The notes beneath the pieces were generated by a model. That model was not told where the DNA came from. It ran no database searches and saw nothing but the letters and a program-made list of their open reading frames with translations. A stretch of 64,000 nucleotides of DNA, taken from assembly GCA_963704015.1 (NCBI GenBank), contig CAVPGI010000011.1:106613-170612 (forward strand), written 5' to 3'. The position numbers were made by a program, and so were the translations under genes. Of this stretch, positions 1-8,875 are shown piece by piece. Each line of letters begins with the position of its first letter. Positions within the stretch are counted from its first letter, which is position 1. The DNA is from an uncultured Gemmatimonadales bacterium. Lineage in GTDB: Bacteria > Gemmatimonadota > Gemmatimonadetes > Gemmatimonadales > GWC2-71-9.

Positions 1-708
1 AGCACCAGGTACTACGCCTATTACCGGCGGGACAGCCTGGTGGTGGAGATGCCGGGTGGTGAAGGGCAGACGCAGACGGTCGGCCGTACCACTTTTCTCA
101 AGGTGACGGTCACCCCGGGTGACGCCGGATCGGGGGTCGAAATCGCGGTGGACTCGATCCGCCCCGACGATGACGCCGTGCTCCCCCGGGCCCTGCTCGA
201 CAGCACGGTCGGCGTCCGATGGACCGGTCGGTTGTCTCCCAACGGCCGCATCACCGATATCCAGGCCTCGGGCTCCTCGCTGTTCGCCGATCAGCTCAGG
301 GGACAGCTGCCGCTGCTCTTTCCGACCGTACCCGACGGCGGCCCCAAGCCTGGCACGAGTTGGAGCGACTCGAGCTCGGGCCCCATCCGAACCAGCTCCG
401 TGGCGGCCACTGAGCGCGCCGCGCTGAGCTGCCGGGCTGGCAACTACGAGACCTTCCGGGCGGCGCAGGCCCTGCGGGTCGAATGCTCCCGCCAATCGTC
501 CTTCGCCGGACAGGGACAGCAGTTCGGCCAGGACATGACGCTCAGCGGGACCGGGCGCGCCTCGTTGCTCTATCACCTGAACAACGGCGGACAGATCGTT
601 GGCCTCGAGGGCCAGGAGACCAATGACCTCACGATCACCGTGCTGACCGTGGGTCAGGCGGTGCCCGCGCGCCAGGAGGCGCGCTTCACGTTGACCCCTC
701 TCAACTAG
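1..708 (+). CDS. hypothetical protein, 5' end outside window (beta-rich, probably exported)
   Basis: Frame 1 open from base 1 to TAG 706-708; GC3-rich codons; no recognised motif. Confidence 0.7.
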   Translation, partial: STRYYAYYRRDSLVVEMPGGEGQTQTVGRTTFLKVTVTPGDAGSGVEIAVDSIRPDDDAVLPRALLDSTVGVRWTGRLSPNGRITDIQASGSSLFADQLRGQLPLLFPTVPDGGPKPGTSWSDSSSGPIRTSSVAATERAALSCRAGNYETFRAAQALRVECSRQSSFAGQGQQFGQDMTLSGTGRASLLYHLNNGGQIVGLEGQETNDLTITVLTVGQAVPARQEARFTLTPLN

Positions 709-804
709 CCTATCCAGTCAAGCGACCCGCACTCCGGACGCTCCAGCCCGGCGCGGTGGAAGCGGATAGCCGCTCTGGCAGCGGGTTTCTTCTGCCTCTG
801 GCTG

Positions 805-1614
805 GTGGCGGTCTGGCCACCCCCATCGTGGTATCGGTCCCACTGGCCGGCGGAAACCGCCTTCATGCGGATGCGGGGCGGGCATCGTCTCTACCGGCCG
901 GTTCCGCTCGATTCGATCGCCCCGGCCGTCGCGCAAGCGGTGATGGTGGGGGAAGACCAGAATTTCAAAGACCACGGCGGTATCGACTACTCCGCGCTCC
1001 TGCAGGCGCTGGGCTATAGTCGCGCCGACTTCCATTGGACGTCCTCGAGGGACTTGGGGGAGCTGATCCGCCTGTTGCCGCACGTCTGGGCCCGTCGAGC
1101 CGCGATTCGGGGCGCCAGCACCATCACCCAGCAGCTGGCCAAGAATCTCTACCTCTCCCCGTCGCGCAATCCCCTCAGGAAGGTCAAGGAGGCCGTCAGC
1201 GCGTACCGGCTGGAGGCCGCGCTCGGAAAGCAGCGCATTCTCGAGCTGTACCTGAACGTGGTGGAGTTGGGAGACGGGGTCTGGGGCGTGGAGGCGGCGA
1301 GTCGCAAGTACTTCGCGCGTTCGGCTCAGGATCTCTCTCGGGAACAGGCCGCGGCTATCAGCGGCTCGCTGCCCTTTCCGTTGCGGTCCAATCCCGGCCA
1401 CCGTCCCGCGCGCATGCGTTGGCGGCAGGAGCTCATCCTGCGCAGAATGCAGGGCGAGCAGATCGAGGTGCCGCGGGAAGTGGAGGAAGCCGCTGATACG
1501 GCAGCGCAGACGGTCGAGCCGGCGGCAGATTCCTCGCCCCCTGCCGCGTCGGGCGAGGCCGAGCCGGCCGCGACCGCGGATTCCACGCCCCCCAGCGACT
1601 CAGCCGAGCGGTAG
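805..1614 (+). CDS. mtgA: monofunctional biosynthetic peptidoglycan transglycosylase (GT51); true start probably further upstream
   Basis: GT51 motifs EDQNFKDHGG, GASTITQQLAKNLYL, RKVKE, KQRILELYLNVVELG; in-frame membrane anchor RWKRIAALAAGFFCLWLV lies upstream of 805. Confidence 0.88.
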   Translation: MAVWPPPSWYRSHWPAETAFMRMRGGHRLYRPVPLDSIAPAVAQAVMVGEDQNFKDHGGIDYSALLQALGYSRADFHWTSSRDLGELIRLLPHVWARRAAIRGASTITQQLAKNLYLSPSRNPLRKVKEAVSAYRLEAALGKQRILELYLNVVELGDGVWGVEAASRKYFARSAQDLSREQAAAISGSLPFPLRSNPGHRPARMRWRQELILRRMQGEQIEVPREVEEAADTAAQTVEPAADSSPPAASGEAEPAATADSTPPSDSAER

Positions 1615-3000
1615 CTCGAAGCTCTCGCCCTGGCGAGGGATGACCGCCTGGCGTACGCCCTCCTGGCGCAGCAGCGAAGCCATGGCCTCCGCGGCGGTGG
1701 GCTCCCCGTGGACCACGAAGGCCCGCCGGATGGGCCCCCCCAGGCGGCGCACCCAGGCGCGGAGCTCGTCCTTATCGGCGTGTGCCGAGTAGCCGCCGAT
1801 GGTCTCGACCTCCGCGCGCCGGGTGAACTCCTGGCCGAAGATCTTCACCGTCGTTTGGCCTTCCTGAATCCGCCGCCCCAGGGTGTGCTCGGCTTGGAAC
1901 CCCACGAAGAGGATCAGGTTACGGTGGTCCCCGATGCCCTGCGCCAGGTGGTGGAGGATGCGGCCCGATTCCACCATACCGGAGGCGGCGATGACGACCG
2001 CGGGACCGGGAGACTGGGTCACCGCCTTGGAATCGTCCACCTCCCGGACATAGGTGAGCAGCGGGAAGTCGAAGAGCTTGGACCCCTCCGAGACCAGCTG
2101 TTCGCGTTGATCGAAAACCTCGGGATGCAGCCGGAAGATCTGGGTAGCGTCTACCGCCAACGGGCTGTCGACGTAGATCGGGATGCCCGGGATCTTGCCG
2201 GCCCGGTGGAGCTGGTGGAGGGTGTAGACCAGCTCCTGGGTCCTTCCGACCGCAAAGGCGGGCACCAGAACTTTCCCGCCGCGGCCCGCCACGCGCCGGA
2301 CGATCTCACCCAAACGCTCCTCCGCCTCGGCCACCGATTCGTGGGAGCGATCCCCATAAGTGGACTCGACGATGAGGGTGTCGATGGGACCGGCAGGCGG
2401 ATCGGGGTCGCGTACGATCGCCAATCCGGTGCGGCCGATGTCTCCGGAAAAGACCAGACGGTGGCCGCCGCCCTCGGTCAGTCGCAAGTCGACGCTGGCC
2501 GAGCCCAGGATGTGCCCGGCCTCGGTGAACTCGAAGGCCAGGTGTTTGCGGACGTGATGCGGGCGGCGATAGGGCAGTCCCACCATCAGGTCCTGCACCG
2601 CCACCGCGTCCGCCAGCGAGTAGAGAGGCTCGCTCTCCGGACCGACCTTCCCCAAGCGGCGTAGGTGCTCCACATCCCGTTGCATGATGTTGGCGGAGTC
2701 CGCCAGCATGGGAGCGCACAAGTCGCGCGTGGCGGCCGTGGCGTAGATCGCTCCGTGAAATCCGCGACTCACCAGGAGCGGCAGGCGACCGGAGTGGTCG
2801 ATGTGGGCGTGACTCAGAATCACCGCGTCGATCCGGCGCGGATCAATCGGCAGATTGGCATTGAGCGCGTGCGCTGGCGCCCGCCGCCCCTGAAACAGCC
2901 CGGCGTCGAGCAGGAGCTGGGCGCCGGCGGCCTCCAGAAGATGCATGGAGCCGGTGACCTGGCCCGCCGCGCCGTGAAAAGTGAGGCGGGCGAGGGGCAT
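1600..3000 (-). CDS. MBL-fold beta-CASP ribonuclease (TTHA0252/YSH1-like)
   Basis: GAAGQVTGS start, HAHIDH, AGHILGSA, FSGDIG, ESTYG, PAFAVGRTQE, YSAHAD, VHGE motifs. Confidence 0.9.
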   Translation of the reverse strand: MPLARLTFHGAAGQVTGSMHLLEAAGAQLLLDAGLFQGRRAPAHALNANLPIDPRRIDAVILSHAHIDHSGRLPLLVSRGFHGAIYATAATRDLCAPMLADSANIMQRDVEHLRRLGKVGPESEPLYSLADAVAVQDLMVGLPYRRPHHVRKHLAFEFTEAGHILGSASVDLRLTEGGGHRLVFSGDIGRTGLAIVRDPDPPAGPIDTLIVESTYGDRSHESVAEAEERLGEIVRRVAGRGGKVLVPAFAVGRTQELVYTLHQLHRAGKIPGIPIYVDSPLAVDATQIFRLHPEVFDQREQLVSEGSKLFDFPLLTYVREVDDSKAVTQSPGPAVVIAASGMVESGRILHHLAQGIGDHRNLILFVGFQAEHTLGRRIQEGQTTVKIFGQEFTRRAEVETIGGYSAHADKDELRAWVRRLGGPIRRAFVVHGEPTAAEAMASLLRQEGVRQAVIPRQGESFELPLG

Positions 3001-3116
3001 GGTCGCGCTCCGTTGACGAATGGCGGTCGGTGATCAGGATCGGCCCGGCGATTGATGCCAGGCACGGGGGAAGAATATGTGCGGGGCGACGAGCGAGAGG
3101 AAGGCGGTGGGATGCC

Positions 3117-3527
3117 TCAGAGCGTCAGGACCACCACCCGACAGACTCGCTCCCCAGCCGGGCAGACGCCGACGCGCACCAGACCGCGGGGAGGATCGGG
3201 GTCGGAAAGGTCGAGGTATGGCTCGATGGTGTAGTAGCCGGAATCGGCGGGGAGTTGTGGAGCGTCGAAATACAGGACCCTGCCATCGGACTGCTCCAGC
3301 GCTGGTCTGACCCGGGCGTTGATACGGGCTCCCTTGGCCGGCACCAGGGTCAGATGGTGGCCGGCGGCCGTTTGGTCGACCCGCACCGAGACCAGCGGGG
3401 TTTGCTGAGCGCAGGCCATCGCGGCCGCCAGACAGGCACCCGTGAGGATCCCCTGCCACCGCGTCCTCCCGTTCCCCGTTCCCTGTTCCCCGTTCACCGC
3501 TTTTCCGTTCCCCCGTTCCCCGTTCAC
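3117..3527 (-). CDS. small lipoprotein with C-terminal Cys pair (nDsbD-like Ig fold, tentative)
   Basis: GTG overlaps the TGA of the upstream redoxin gene; lipobox-like LAAAMAC; C-terminal VGVCPAGERVCR. Confidence 0.6.
   Translation of the reverse strand: MNGERGNGKAVNGEQGTGNGRTRWQGILTGACLAAAMACAQQTPLVSVRVDQTAAGHHLTLVPAKGARINARVRPALEQSDGRVLYFDAPQLPADSGYYTIEPYLDLSDPDPPRGLVRVGVCPAGERVCRVVVLTL
3468..3525. repeat. 7-bp tandem repeat (CCCGTTC), about 8 degenerate units
   Basis: cccgttc cccgttc cctgttc cccgttc accgctt ttccgttc ccccgttc cccgttc. Confidence 0.85.
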
Positions 3528-4141
3528 CTTCCCTTCCCCGCTTCCCCCAGCAACTCCTGGATCCACCCGTCCCACTTCTGGTAGATCTCGTCGTTCAGGT
3601 GGAACTCCCCGTAGCCGTAGTGGCGGATCTCTCCCTTGGCATCGATCAGCACGAAGCTGGGCCAGTAGCGGATCCCGTAGAGGTTCCAGGTCGCGTCGTC
3701 GTTGTCCTGCGCGTTGGGGTAGGTGATGCCGTACTGTTCCAGCGCCCGCGCGAGCTTCTTCTTGTCATGCTCGCCCGAGTAGGGCGGGAATTCCGGCGTG
3801 TGGATACCGATGATGGTCAGCCCCTGGTCCCGGTACTTCCGGTCGAAATCCACCAGGGAGGGGACCGTGTTGGTGCAGTTGTAGCAGGTGAAGACCCAGA
3901 AGTTGAGCAGTACCACCCGGCCCCGCAGCGACTCCAGGGTGATGGGGTGGTCGGTGTTGAGCCAGCTCTGGTTCTTCCAGGCGGGGGCGGGGCGGCGGGC
4001 GCCGGCGATCGGATTCACCAGGGTCCAGCGGGGCCGGGGGTTGAGCAGGGCGCCCTCGCCTTGACGGGCGCTCGCCTCGAGGCCGAAGGCTCCCGCGCCC
4101 GCGAGGACCACCGACGCTGCCAGCAGTGGAACGGTTCTCAT
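3524..4141 (-). CDS. exported redoxin (TlpA/DipZ-like thioredoxin fold)
   Basis: Signal peptide MRTVPLLAASVVLAG; LRGRVVLLNFWVFTCYNC (CxxC), IGIHTPEF, YWP cis-Pro. Confidence 0.88.
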   Translation of the reverse strand: MRTVPLLAASVVLAGAGAFGLEASARQGEGALLNPRPRWTLVNPIAGARRPAPAWKNQSWLNTDHPITLESLRGRVVLLNFWVFTCYNCTNTVPSLVDFDRKYRDQGLTIIGIHTPEFPPYSGEHDKKKLARALEQYGITYPNAQDNDDATWNLYGIRYWPSFVLIDAKGEIRHYGYGEFHLNDEIYQKWDGWIQELLGEAGKGR

Positions 4142-4221
4142 GGAGACCTCATGTCGCCTTGGTACCAGGCTAACGTTGCGGGCTACGCCTCGGTTCCGTG
4201 CGGTGTGTGGGTGCCCATAGC

Positions 4222-4358
4222 GTCCGCCCTGTCCGTCTTGTCTGTCCACAGATTGCACAGATTACGCAGATTAGCAGATTATTGGTCCTGACCGCCCTCA
4301 CCGCCCTGACCGTCTTGTCCGCCTTAGTTTTCTCCGCCTTGTCCGCCCTGTCCGCCTT
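4222..4358. repeat. stacked 9-bp tandem repeat blocks (GTCCGCCCT-type and CAGATTRCR-type)
   Basis: gtccgccct gtccgtctt gtctgtcca; cagattgca cagattacg cagattag cagatt; ctgaccgcc ctcaccgcc ctgaccgtc ttgtccgcc; ttgtccgcc ctgtccgcc. Confidence 0.85.
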
Positions 4359-4367
4359 TTCTATATT
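4339..4367 (+). promoter_or_regulatory. sigma70-type promoter of tRNA-Phe
   Basis: TTGTCC (4339-4344), 17 nt, TATATT (4362-4367), 12 nt before the tRNA. Confidence 0.6.
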
Positions 4368-4379
4368 CCCGCGCCTCAC

Positions 4380-4452
<73 letters not shown>

Positions 4453-4480
4453 CTCCGCACCCCCGAACGAAACAGTATTC

Positions 4481-4518
4481 GCGCCCTCGCCGCTTCCGGC
4501 AAGGGCGTCTTCACTTCT
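4481..4518 (+). terminator. probable terminator hairpin after tRNA
   Basis: GCGCCCTcGCCG-cttc-CGGCaAGGGCGT followed by pyrimidine-rich tail. Confidence 0.45.
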
Positions 4519-4541
4519 GAGAGTGAGGAGAGAACGAGGCG

Positions 4542-7343
4542 CTAGGCGGCCGGCGCGGGCACGATGATCTGCCCGGTGCTGCCGGGGTGGTCCTCGCGCG
4601 CGTGCGCCATCGGCGAGGCCAGCAGGCGATCCACCCCTTCAGGCGGGAGGGCCGGGGAGAAGTAGTGCCCCTGACCCAGGTCGCAGCCCAACGCTACCAG
4701 GGCGGCGCGCTGTTCCGTAGTCTCGATCCCTTCCGCGATAGTCCGCAGCTTGAGCGTGTCGCCCAGACCAATGATCGCGCGAGCCAGCGCGGCTTTTTCC
4801 ACGCCGGCGCCCACGTCGTCCACGAACGGCTTGGCGATCTTGAGAATGTCGATCGGGAACCGGCGCAGGTAGCTGAGCGAGGAGTAGCCGGTCCCGAAGT
4901 CGTCGATCGCCAGCCGCACGCCAAGCGCCTTGAGCTGCCGCAGGCGCTCGAGGACGAACTCGGTCTGCTGCATCAGCACGCTCTCGGTGATCTCCAGGAT
5001 GACCGCGTCGGGAGCTACACCGGTCTCCAGGAGCGCGGCCCGAGTCTCCTCGACGATGCCCAGCTCCTGCAGCTGGCGCCCCGAAATGTTGACCGAGACC
5101 GCCAGCGGGACCAGCGGATTGGTGGCGCGCCAATGCTGGATCCGCCGGCAGGCCTCCCGCAGGACCCAACCGCCCAGCCGGACGATCAGGCCGGTCTCCT
5201 CCGCCAGCGGGATGAAGTGCTGGGGCAGCAGGCGGCCGTAGCGCGGATGCTCCCAGCGGAGCAGCGCCTCGACGCCCTGGATCTCCCCGGTCCGGAGCCC
5301 CACGATCGGCTGGAAATGCAGCAGCAGGGAATCGCGCTCGATGGCAGTCCGGAGTGCGGCCTCCATCTCCAGGCGCGCGCGGATATCGGCGTACATGTGG
5401 GCCTGATACGTCTCCGAACGACCCTTGCCCTTGCGCTTGGCGCTGTACATCGCGACGTCCGCGTTGCGGAGCAGGTCGTCGGCCGTCTCGTCCCCCGCCG
5501 CGGTGGCGATCCCGATGCTGGCGTTGACCTGGACCTCATTGCCCCCCAGCATGAAGGGACGGCGCATAGCCTCGGACAACCGCTCCACCAGGCCCCCGTG
5601 CCCCTCCTGCCCAGCCAGATCCTCGATCAGGATGGCGAATTCGTCGCCGCCCAGCCGTGCAATGGTGTCCGCCGCCCGCGCACAAGTGTTGAACCGCTCC
5701 GCCGCGGCGATCAGCAACCGGTCTCCCTCGGCATGACCCAGGCTGTCGTTCACCTTCTTGAAGTCGTCCAGGTCCAGGAACAGGACGCTGATGGAGTGCC
5801 CTTGCCGCCGGGCCAGCGCCAGCGCGTGGCTCACCCGGTCGCGGAACAGCGCCCGGTTGGCCAGGCCGGTGAGCGGGTCATGGAAGGCCTGATGGGTCAG
5901 CTGATCCTCGAGCCGCTTCCGCTCGCTCACGTCACGGGTGTTGAGAACGATGCCGCGGACCGACGGGTCGTCGAGGAGATTGGTCGCGATGGTCTCCGCG
6001 TTCAGCGACGAGCCGTCCGGTTGGCAGAACCGCCACTCGACCGGCGCTGAGACGCCGGGCGTGCGGGCCGTCTCGCGGAGGAAGTCTGAGGCTCGGTCGC
6101 GGTCTTCCGCATGGATCAGGCTGACCAGGGACCGCCCCAAAAGCCCGGCCGGATCGTAGCGCAGCACGCGGGACGCGGAGGGGCTGACGAAGCGGACGGT
6201 GCCGTCGAGACGAATGACCAGGATGACGTCCGAGGAGTGCTGCACCAGGGAGCGGAATCGGGCCTCGTTCTGGCGGGCGGCGTTCTCCGCCAGGAGTCGC
6301 ACGTTTTCGCGAACGGCGAGAACCTGTCGTACCACCACCAGCACCGTGATCAGGATCGCTCCGATCGCGATACCGCTGACCGGATCGACCCAGGGCTGGA
6401 GGACCGTGGCCAGCAGGAGCGCGTAGGTGGTGGCCACCGCCAGGTAGGGCAGGGGACTGAGCGGTTGGAGCCGCGTCTTCCGGTGTGCCGTCGGCGCCGC
6501 CTGAGGCACCGGAGTCCGGTAGAAGACCTCCGCACTCGCGATCATCAGCACATACGACAGCAGGTACACCGCGTCGGTCCAGGCCGCGCTCCGAGTCCCC
6601 GTTTCCATCAGCTCCAGGTCGAAGCTGAGATCGGCGATGACGCTCACCAGCACTCCGCCCACCAGGAGCCGGAAGGCCAGGCGGTTCCCGTCCAGCGGTC
6701 CGCGCAGCAGCACCGTGACGATCCCCAGCAGCACCAGGAGGCTGACCAACGGATACGCGAAGGCCAGCACGGTGACCACGATGCCGTTGTCGGAGGAGGC
6801 CGCCGTCGGGCGGACCGTGAAGTACCAGATGGCGACCCCACCGCCGATCAGGACCATCGCGGCGTCCATCACGAATTTCCACCGCTCCAGCCGGGTGCGG
6901 GTGGCGAGCGGGAACGAGAGCAGGGCGACCAGGAGGATGAGACTGTCGGAGAGATAGAACGGGTCGGCCCAAGTGACGGGCGGATTGGTTCGGAGGACCG
7001 CCACGTAGTAAGCCGAGATGCTATTGCCGATCAACACCATCAGGGAGCCGGCCGCCAGCAGGCGCAGAGCCTGGCGAATGCTGGGGGCGAGGCTCCGGTG
7101 TCGGGAGGCCAGAGCGTTGAGCACCACCACGCCCAGGTTGAGCGGCATGAAGGCGACGTTGCCGACCAGGTCACGCAGGCTGGAGGAACCCCACCCGGCT
7201 CGCTCCCAGATCAGATAGACAAGCGAGTAGACGACGGTGAGCAACGTCACAGGACCGGGACGCTCGCCGGGCCCCGAGGCCTCCAGCTCGGGTTCAGGCG
7301 CCGTTTCCTGCTCGACGTTACTACCCACCTTGATCGAGTCCAC
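4542..7343 (-). CDS. membrane-anchored PAS-GGDEF-EAL diguanylate cyclase/phosphodiesterase
   Basis: About 9 hydrophobic helices, PAS (RFRSLVQHSSD), DPLTGLANR, RLGGDEF, EALLRW, EITE, DDFGTGYSSLSYL. Confidence 0.95.
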   Translation of the reverse strand: MDSIKVGSNVEQETAPEPELEASGPGERPGPVTLLTVVYSLVYLIWERAGWGSSSLRDLVGNVAFMPLNLGVVVLNALASRHRSLAPSIRQALRLLAAGSLMVLIGNSISAYYVAVLRTNPPVTWADPFYLSDSLILLVALLSFPLATRTRLERWKFVMDAAMVLIGGGVAIWYFTVRPTAASSDNGIVVTVLAFAYPLVSLLVLLGIVTVLLRGPLDGNRLAFRLLVGGVLVSVIADLSFDLELMETGTRSAAWTDAVYLLSYVLMIASAEVFYRTPVPQAAPTAHRKTRLQPLSPLPYLAVATTYALLLATVLQPWVDPVSGIAIGAILITVLVVVRQVLAVRENVRLLAENAARQNEARFRSLVQHSSDVILVIRLDGTVRFVSPSASRVLRYDPAGLLGRSLVSLIHAEDRDRASDFLRETARTPGVSAPVEWRFCQPDGSSLNAETIATNLLDDPSVRGIVLNTRDVSERKRLEDQLTHQAFHDPLTGLANRALFRDRVSHALALARRQGHSISVLFLDLDDFKKVNDSLGHAEGDRLLIAAAERFNTCARAADTIARLGGDEFAILIEDLAGQEGHGGLVERLSEAMRRPFMLGGNEVQVNASIGIATAAGDETADDLLRNADVAMYSAKRKGKGRSETYQAHMYADIRARLEMEAALRTAIERDSLLLHFQPIVGLRTGEIQGVEALLRWEHPRYGRLLPQHFIPLAEETGLIVRLGGWVLREACRRIQHWRATNPLVPLAVSVNISGRQLQELGIVEETRAALLETGVAPDAVILEITESVLMQQTEFVLERLRQLKALGVRLAIDDFGTGYSSLSYLRRFPIDILKIAKPFVDDVGAGVEKAALARAIIGLGDTLKLRTIAEGIETTEQRAALVALGCDLGQGHYFSPALPPEGVDRLLASPMAHAREDHPGSTGQIIVPAPAA

Positions 7344-7552
7344 GACGCTCCTCGGCCGCTCCGTCCCAACGGCGGCCTCTCATCCTGCAAGGGCGGCTTT
7401 GGCGGCCTCCCGTGGCGGCGGTTTCACTCTGAAACATGAAGCCGCCAACGATGAGCCAACCTCACTAGCCGCAGAGTATTAGGCTTCCTAGCCCAAGACC
7501 CTTATGGGTTCCCATCGGGTGTAATGGCAATGATGATGCCGGTGGGCATGTC

Positions 7553-7590
7553 GGAAAACGAAACGGCCCGTCCGCGATGGACGGGCCGTT
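7553..7590 (-). terminator. intrinsic terminator of the outer-membrane protein gene
   Basis: AACGGCCCGTCC-gcgat-GGACGGGCCGTT 12-bp stem with T-rich tail on the minus strand. Confidence 0.75.
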
Positions 7591-7615
7591 ATAGCCTCGG
7601 TTCCTATGAGCCCGC

Positions 7616-8239
7616 TTAGAAGCCGAGCCGGAACCCGAAGACGATGGGCACCACTTGGCCGTCGCGCTGATAGAGCCAAGCGTAGTGGTATCGGGACTCG
7701 ATGTAGAACATCCCCTGCCCGTAGTTGTAACCGATCGCGCCACCGCCGTTGATTCCGAACCCATTGTCGGTTCGCGAGGCCAGCGTGACGTTTCCGGTGC
7801 AGGGAATCCACCAGTAATACGGGTAGCAGGGGACCGTGACCGACCCCCCGTCGATGGAGAGATAGCGGCTGTAGAATCCGCCGCCGGCCATGAGGTACCA
7901 GTTCAACCCTCTGTAGTGGGTCTTGCGCACCGGCATCAGCATCGCGTTCAGGGTCAACGACCAGAGGTTCTGATGCCCGCCCGTGGCTGCCCCAAGGTTG
8001 CTCTGGAGGTTATCGAAGCTCGACCACGAGTTGTTGAACTCGAAGGAGAAGCCGAAGGGCTTCTTGGGGATTCTCATCACGGCGCCCAGCTGCCCGTTCC
8101 AGCCATCGCTAAGACGATCGGCCGTTGGTCCGGTAATGATCCCCACGCCACCACCGATCTTCATGCCCCATTGGGCCTCCGCCCTACAGGGGAGAACCAA
8201 CGCCAGCGCTGCGGCAGCCACCAACCATTTCCGACCCAT
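7616..8239 (-). CDS. outer membrane beta-barrel protein (OmpA/OmpW-like 8-strand)
   Basis: Signal peptide ending AEAQ, alternating aromatic/Gly strands, C-terminal Phe (FGFRLGF). Confidence 0.8.
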   Translation of the reverse strand: MGRKWLVAAAALALVLPCRAEAQWGMKIGGGVGIITGPTADRLSDGWNGQLGAVMRIPKKPFGFSFEFNNSWSSFDNLQSNLGAATGGHQNLWSLTLNAMLMPVRKTHYRGLNWYLMAGGGFYSRYLSIDGGSVTVPCYPYYWWIPCTGNVTLASRTDNGFGINGGGAIGYNYGQGMFYIESRYHYAWLYQRDGQVVPIVFGFRLGF

Positions 8240-8297
8240 ACACGGAACTCCTTTCTCACAAGCTCTGGTGGCCAACCGGTGGGTTGGCTGGGAAAGA

Positions 8298-8762
8298 CTA
8301 CTTGACGAGCGGAATCTGCTCCATCAGTCCGGCCGAGACGATGGTATCCAGCCGGTTCTCGATCTGCACGAAGCGAGTCACCGTCTTGGCCGGCAGGATC
8401 TTCTGGAACCTGGCGACCCACTTCTTCCTGGTTTCGAGTTGGTCCTTCTGAATCGCGAACCACTCATCCGTCATCCGCTTGGCCTGCTCATCGGTCAGCG
8501 TCTGGTAGTTCTTGGCGTAGTCCAGGATCAGCTGCTGGATCCGATCTCCGCCCTGGGCCATCTCCTGGCGGTACTCACGGTACTGGGGCCAGAACACATT
8601 TCCCAGGCTGTCGGGCAACCCGAGGTTGATGGCCACAATTTCCTGGCGCCTGGTCTGGATCTCCTGCCGCGTCAGGGCCAGATCGTCGTTGACCTGGGCG
8701 TGGAGCGGGCCGGCGACGGAGCCGGAGACGGCGAGGCAAACCGCAAGGGCCAACACTTTCAT
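8298..8762 (-). CDS. exported helical hypothetical protein (Spy/CpxP-like, tentative)
   Basis: Signal peptide MKVLALAVCLAV..LHAQ; FWPQYREY and LTDEQA repeats; ORF-track extension to 9269 overlaps the next gene. Confidence 0.7.
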   Translation of the reverse strand: MKVLALAVCLAVSGSVAGPLHAQVNDDLALTRQEIQTRRQEIVAINLGLPDSLGNVFWPQYREYRQEMAQGGDRIQQLILDYAKNYQTLTDEQAKRMTDEWFAIQKDQLETRKKWVARFQKILPAKTVTRFVQIENRLDTIVSAGLMEQIPLVK

Positions 8763-8875
8763 GACGAGTGGTCCGGGTTGGGGTGCACGCCAATTAGAAC
8801 TGGTACCGGGGGGCGACGTTAAGAATCGAACAATGTAACCGTCGGGGAACTGGCCAGGTAGTGCCCCCCGCCCTC

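Noticed and set aside
4222-4358. CRISPR array
   Set aside because: 9-bp units without unique spacers; no cas genes
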